Shown piece by piece: positions 49,126-51,412 of a stretch of DNA of 51,412 nucleotides. The stretch spans positions 1 through 51,412 of the forward strand of contig NW_021835164.1 of the NCBI RefSeq assembly GCF_006345805.1. Direction: 5' to 3'. A program made the position numbers and the translations under genes. Under the pieces are notes generated by a model that saw only the letters and a list, made by a program, of their open reading frames with translations, searched no databases and had not been told where the DNA came from. Position 1 is the stretch's first letter, and each line of letters starts with the position of its first letter. This DNA is from Octopus sinensis. Its lineage: Eukaryota.

Positions 49126-49183
49126 ATGACTAATCGCTAGCCACTAAACCTTTATTATTTTCTCTCTCTCTCTCTTCTCCTCT

Positions 49184-49269
<86 letters not shown>

Positions 49270-49272
<3 letters not shown>

Positions 49273-49375
49273 TTATTTCTGTGCTCCTTTCTGTTGAAGC
49301 GCTCATTTCCCGAGCGTTAAACTAATACATCTGTTTGTTGTTTACACACCCATCTTCATCTTTTTTTAAAATTCA
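49270..49375 (+). mobile_element. Family A pLTR-like repeat with the hammerhead region deleted
   Basis: TTTCTGTTGAAGCG^..CCCGAGCGTTAAACTAATACATCTGTTTG. Confidence 0.55.
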
Positions 49376-49412
49376 ATACACACACAAACACACACACCCC
49401 ACACACACCACA

Positions 49413-49483
<71 letters not shown>

Positions 49484-50368
49484 AAAGTAAAAAAATACAA
49501 ACTGGGACAAGAACGTGAAACATTTAGAAGACGACACAAAAAACACGGACGGGACATTCGAAGCCTTCAATCTTCAGTCAAGAACCGGATCATCTTCGCA
49601 ATTTCGGCTGATTAATCTTGAGATTGCGCCGACCTGGCCAGCCCCAAAGGAAAATCTAAGCCAAGCGCATTAGATTCCTTGGAAGAAAGCCTCGAATGTA
49701 TACAAAACAAAGACGGAAAACGGACGATGTTACACGAATAAAAATACAAAAGTACGTAAAAACAATAATGATAGCACGAATAAGAATACAAAAATACGTA
49801 AAAACAATAATGATAATAATAACAACAACAAAACAGGACGTCACACACAAGCGTCTTTCGACAGGACGAGTAATTTTTGAGCTGGCGTTAGAAGAGAGCC
49901 TTAAGGCTACAGAGAGACAAAAAAGCGTGTCTTGCCACAACGGCTGCTGGAACGCGAAAGGCCAGCAATCGTGGCTAGTCACGTGTGGAAAGAGAGAGGA
50001 AAAGCGTGACAGATGAGAGAGAAAGAAGGGACAAGGAACAAAGGAGGAGGAGAAGAAAGAGAGAGAAAGAGACAGATCAAGTGGAGTGCAAAGTGTGAAA
50101 GGCAGAGAAATGTAGGAGAGGGGGGAGAGAGACAGTGTTGTAGAGTCGTACCATGTGTAAGGGCATCTACGAGATACCACCATGCTGAAAATAGCAGCTA
50201 GGATCTGACTCTAAAACCACCTTAAATGTTCATATAGCACAAGGAGAGAAGACAAAAAGACAAAATAAAACTAGTAAAAAATTACTGGATAATTCCAGAT
50301 TCCGGGTTATGGCTTTGCATTAGAAATGCTTTGCCTCATCAGTGGAATATACGCAGAGAGAAACATAA

Positions 50369-50413
<45 letters not shown>

Positions 50414-50575
50414 CATACAACATACGAATACTTACATATACGAACGTATATATAAATATACATGCACGTATGCAGCATGACCAGTTTAAAATGCCTTCTT
50501 CTTAATTCCCAGTGCTATATGGTTAAAACATCACCGCAGTAAATACAATGACGAAATAAATTTAAATTTATATAA

Positions 50576-50691
50576 ATAAGGATAAGATCGTTAATCTAAA
50601 TTAAATAACGATTACCTTTGAAGGTTTTTATTCCCATGCTCGCCACTTGATAAGATTGTTATTTAATTTAAATTAATGATCTTATCCTTAT
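50576..50691. repeat. MITE-like imperfect inverted repeat
   Basis: Arms ATAAGGATAAGATCGTTAATCTAAATTAAATAACGATT (50576-50613) and its reverse complement (50654-50691); AT-rich flanks. Confidence 0.6.
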
Positions 50692-50726
50692 ATGTATATA
50701 TATATATATTTCATTTTTTAATTTTT

Positions 50727-51412
50727 TTAATCTAGTTTCAGCTCACAAGCTGTGGCCATGCTGGGGCACCGCCATTTGGTGTTGCTACATGATTTTACTT
50801 CACGAATGCTTTTTAGCAATTGCCATTTGGTGCATAAGGGAGTTCGATGCAGCTGCCCTCATCTGCACCTCCTGCCGTGAAGTTGGTTCATCTGGGACAC
50901 CTGACAGGAAGAGATCCAGTTTTATTTTAAAGACTTCTGCATCCACCCCATGCAGGTCTCTTAGGTTCTTCGGGAAGATATTGAAGAGCTGTGGGCCTTG
51001 GAAGCCCAGGCTATCACAGTATCTTGTCCTACATCTTGATTGCAAATTTGGAGTCCTTGGCACTATGCAGTGGCGCCCAGTTTTGGCATTTGTGTAACTC
51101 TCGATGCCAAAGTTTGGGACAAGTCCTTCTAGGATCTTCAAGATGTATATTATGGCATATCTTTCTCGCCTACGCTCTAAGGAATAGAGTCTCAATATCT
51201 TGAGTCTTTCCCAATAGCTTATATGCTGCACAGAGGCTATCTTCTTCGTGTAGCTTCGTTGGATCGCCTCAAGTTCTGAGAGCAATAGTCAAAGTGGCTT
51301 AGGACAAGTGTCCTCCAGAGGACCATCATGGTTTCCTGGTCTCTTGTTCTAAAGGTTCAAAGAATCCATCCGGTCAGCCGCCTACATTCATTGCCATCTC
51401 AGATGAGTAGTC
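50727..51412 (-). mobile_element. CR1/L2-group LINE 3' end, continuing past the window edge
   Basis: ORF 50800-51285 (..LERRRERY..GPQLFNIFPKNLRDLHGVD..PDEPT) is homologous to 18100-18560; tail GGCGGTGCCCCAGCATGGCCACAGC. Confidence 0.92.

Overview
AT-rich eukaryotic DNA made almost entirely of microsatellites and decayed transposable elements. I can support no host protein-coding exon, intact tRNA/rRNA gene or CRISPR array. The repeat families and microsatellite load suggest an octopod cephalopod; this is inferred from recalled repeat sequences, not from a search. Most ORF-track entries are translations of simple repeats. Coding remnants are: mariner and Tc1 transposases; CR1/L2-group, RTE and R4/Dong (restriction-like endonuclease) LINEs; Penelope-like elements (PLEs); and two divergent copies of an unusual RRM-type ORF1. 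Main observations: (1) about 16 type-I hammerhead ribozyme (HHR) motifs or relics in short non-coding PLE-type repeats, including a retrozyme-like ~350-nt tandem plus inverted array at 16.1-16.9 kb; (2) a tRNA-headed SINE with a hammerhead tail at 0.96-1.75 kb, with a second copy at 28.9-30.0 kb; (3) a 2.1-kb ORF1-only element at 9.3-11.4 kb that ends in the ORF2 C-terminus and 3' tail of the local CR1/L2-type LINE, a tail also used by SINEs; (4) three Dong-like insertions, all inside (TAA)n tracts belonging to other elements; (5) a Naiad-like PLE with a twin-priming-type 5' inversion. Alignments and folds were done by eye and boundaries are approximate. Frequent 1-bp indels between near-identical copies may be consensus errors.
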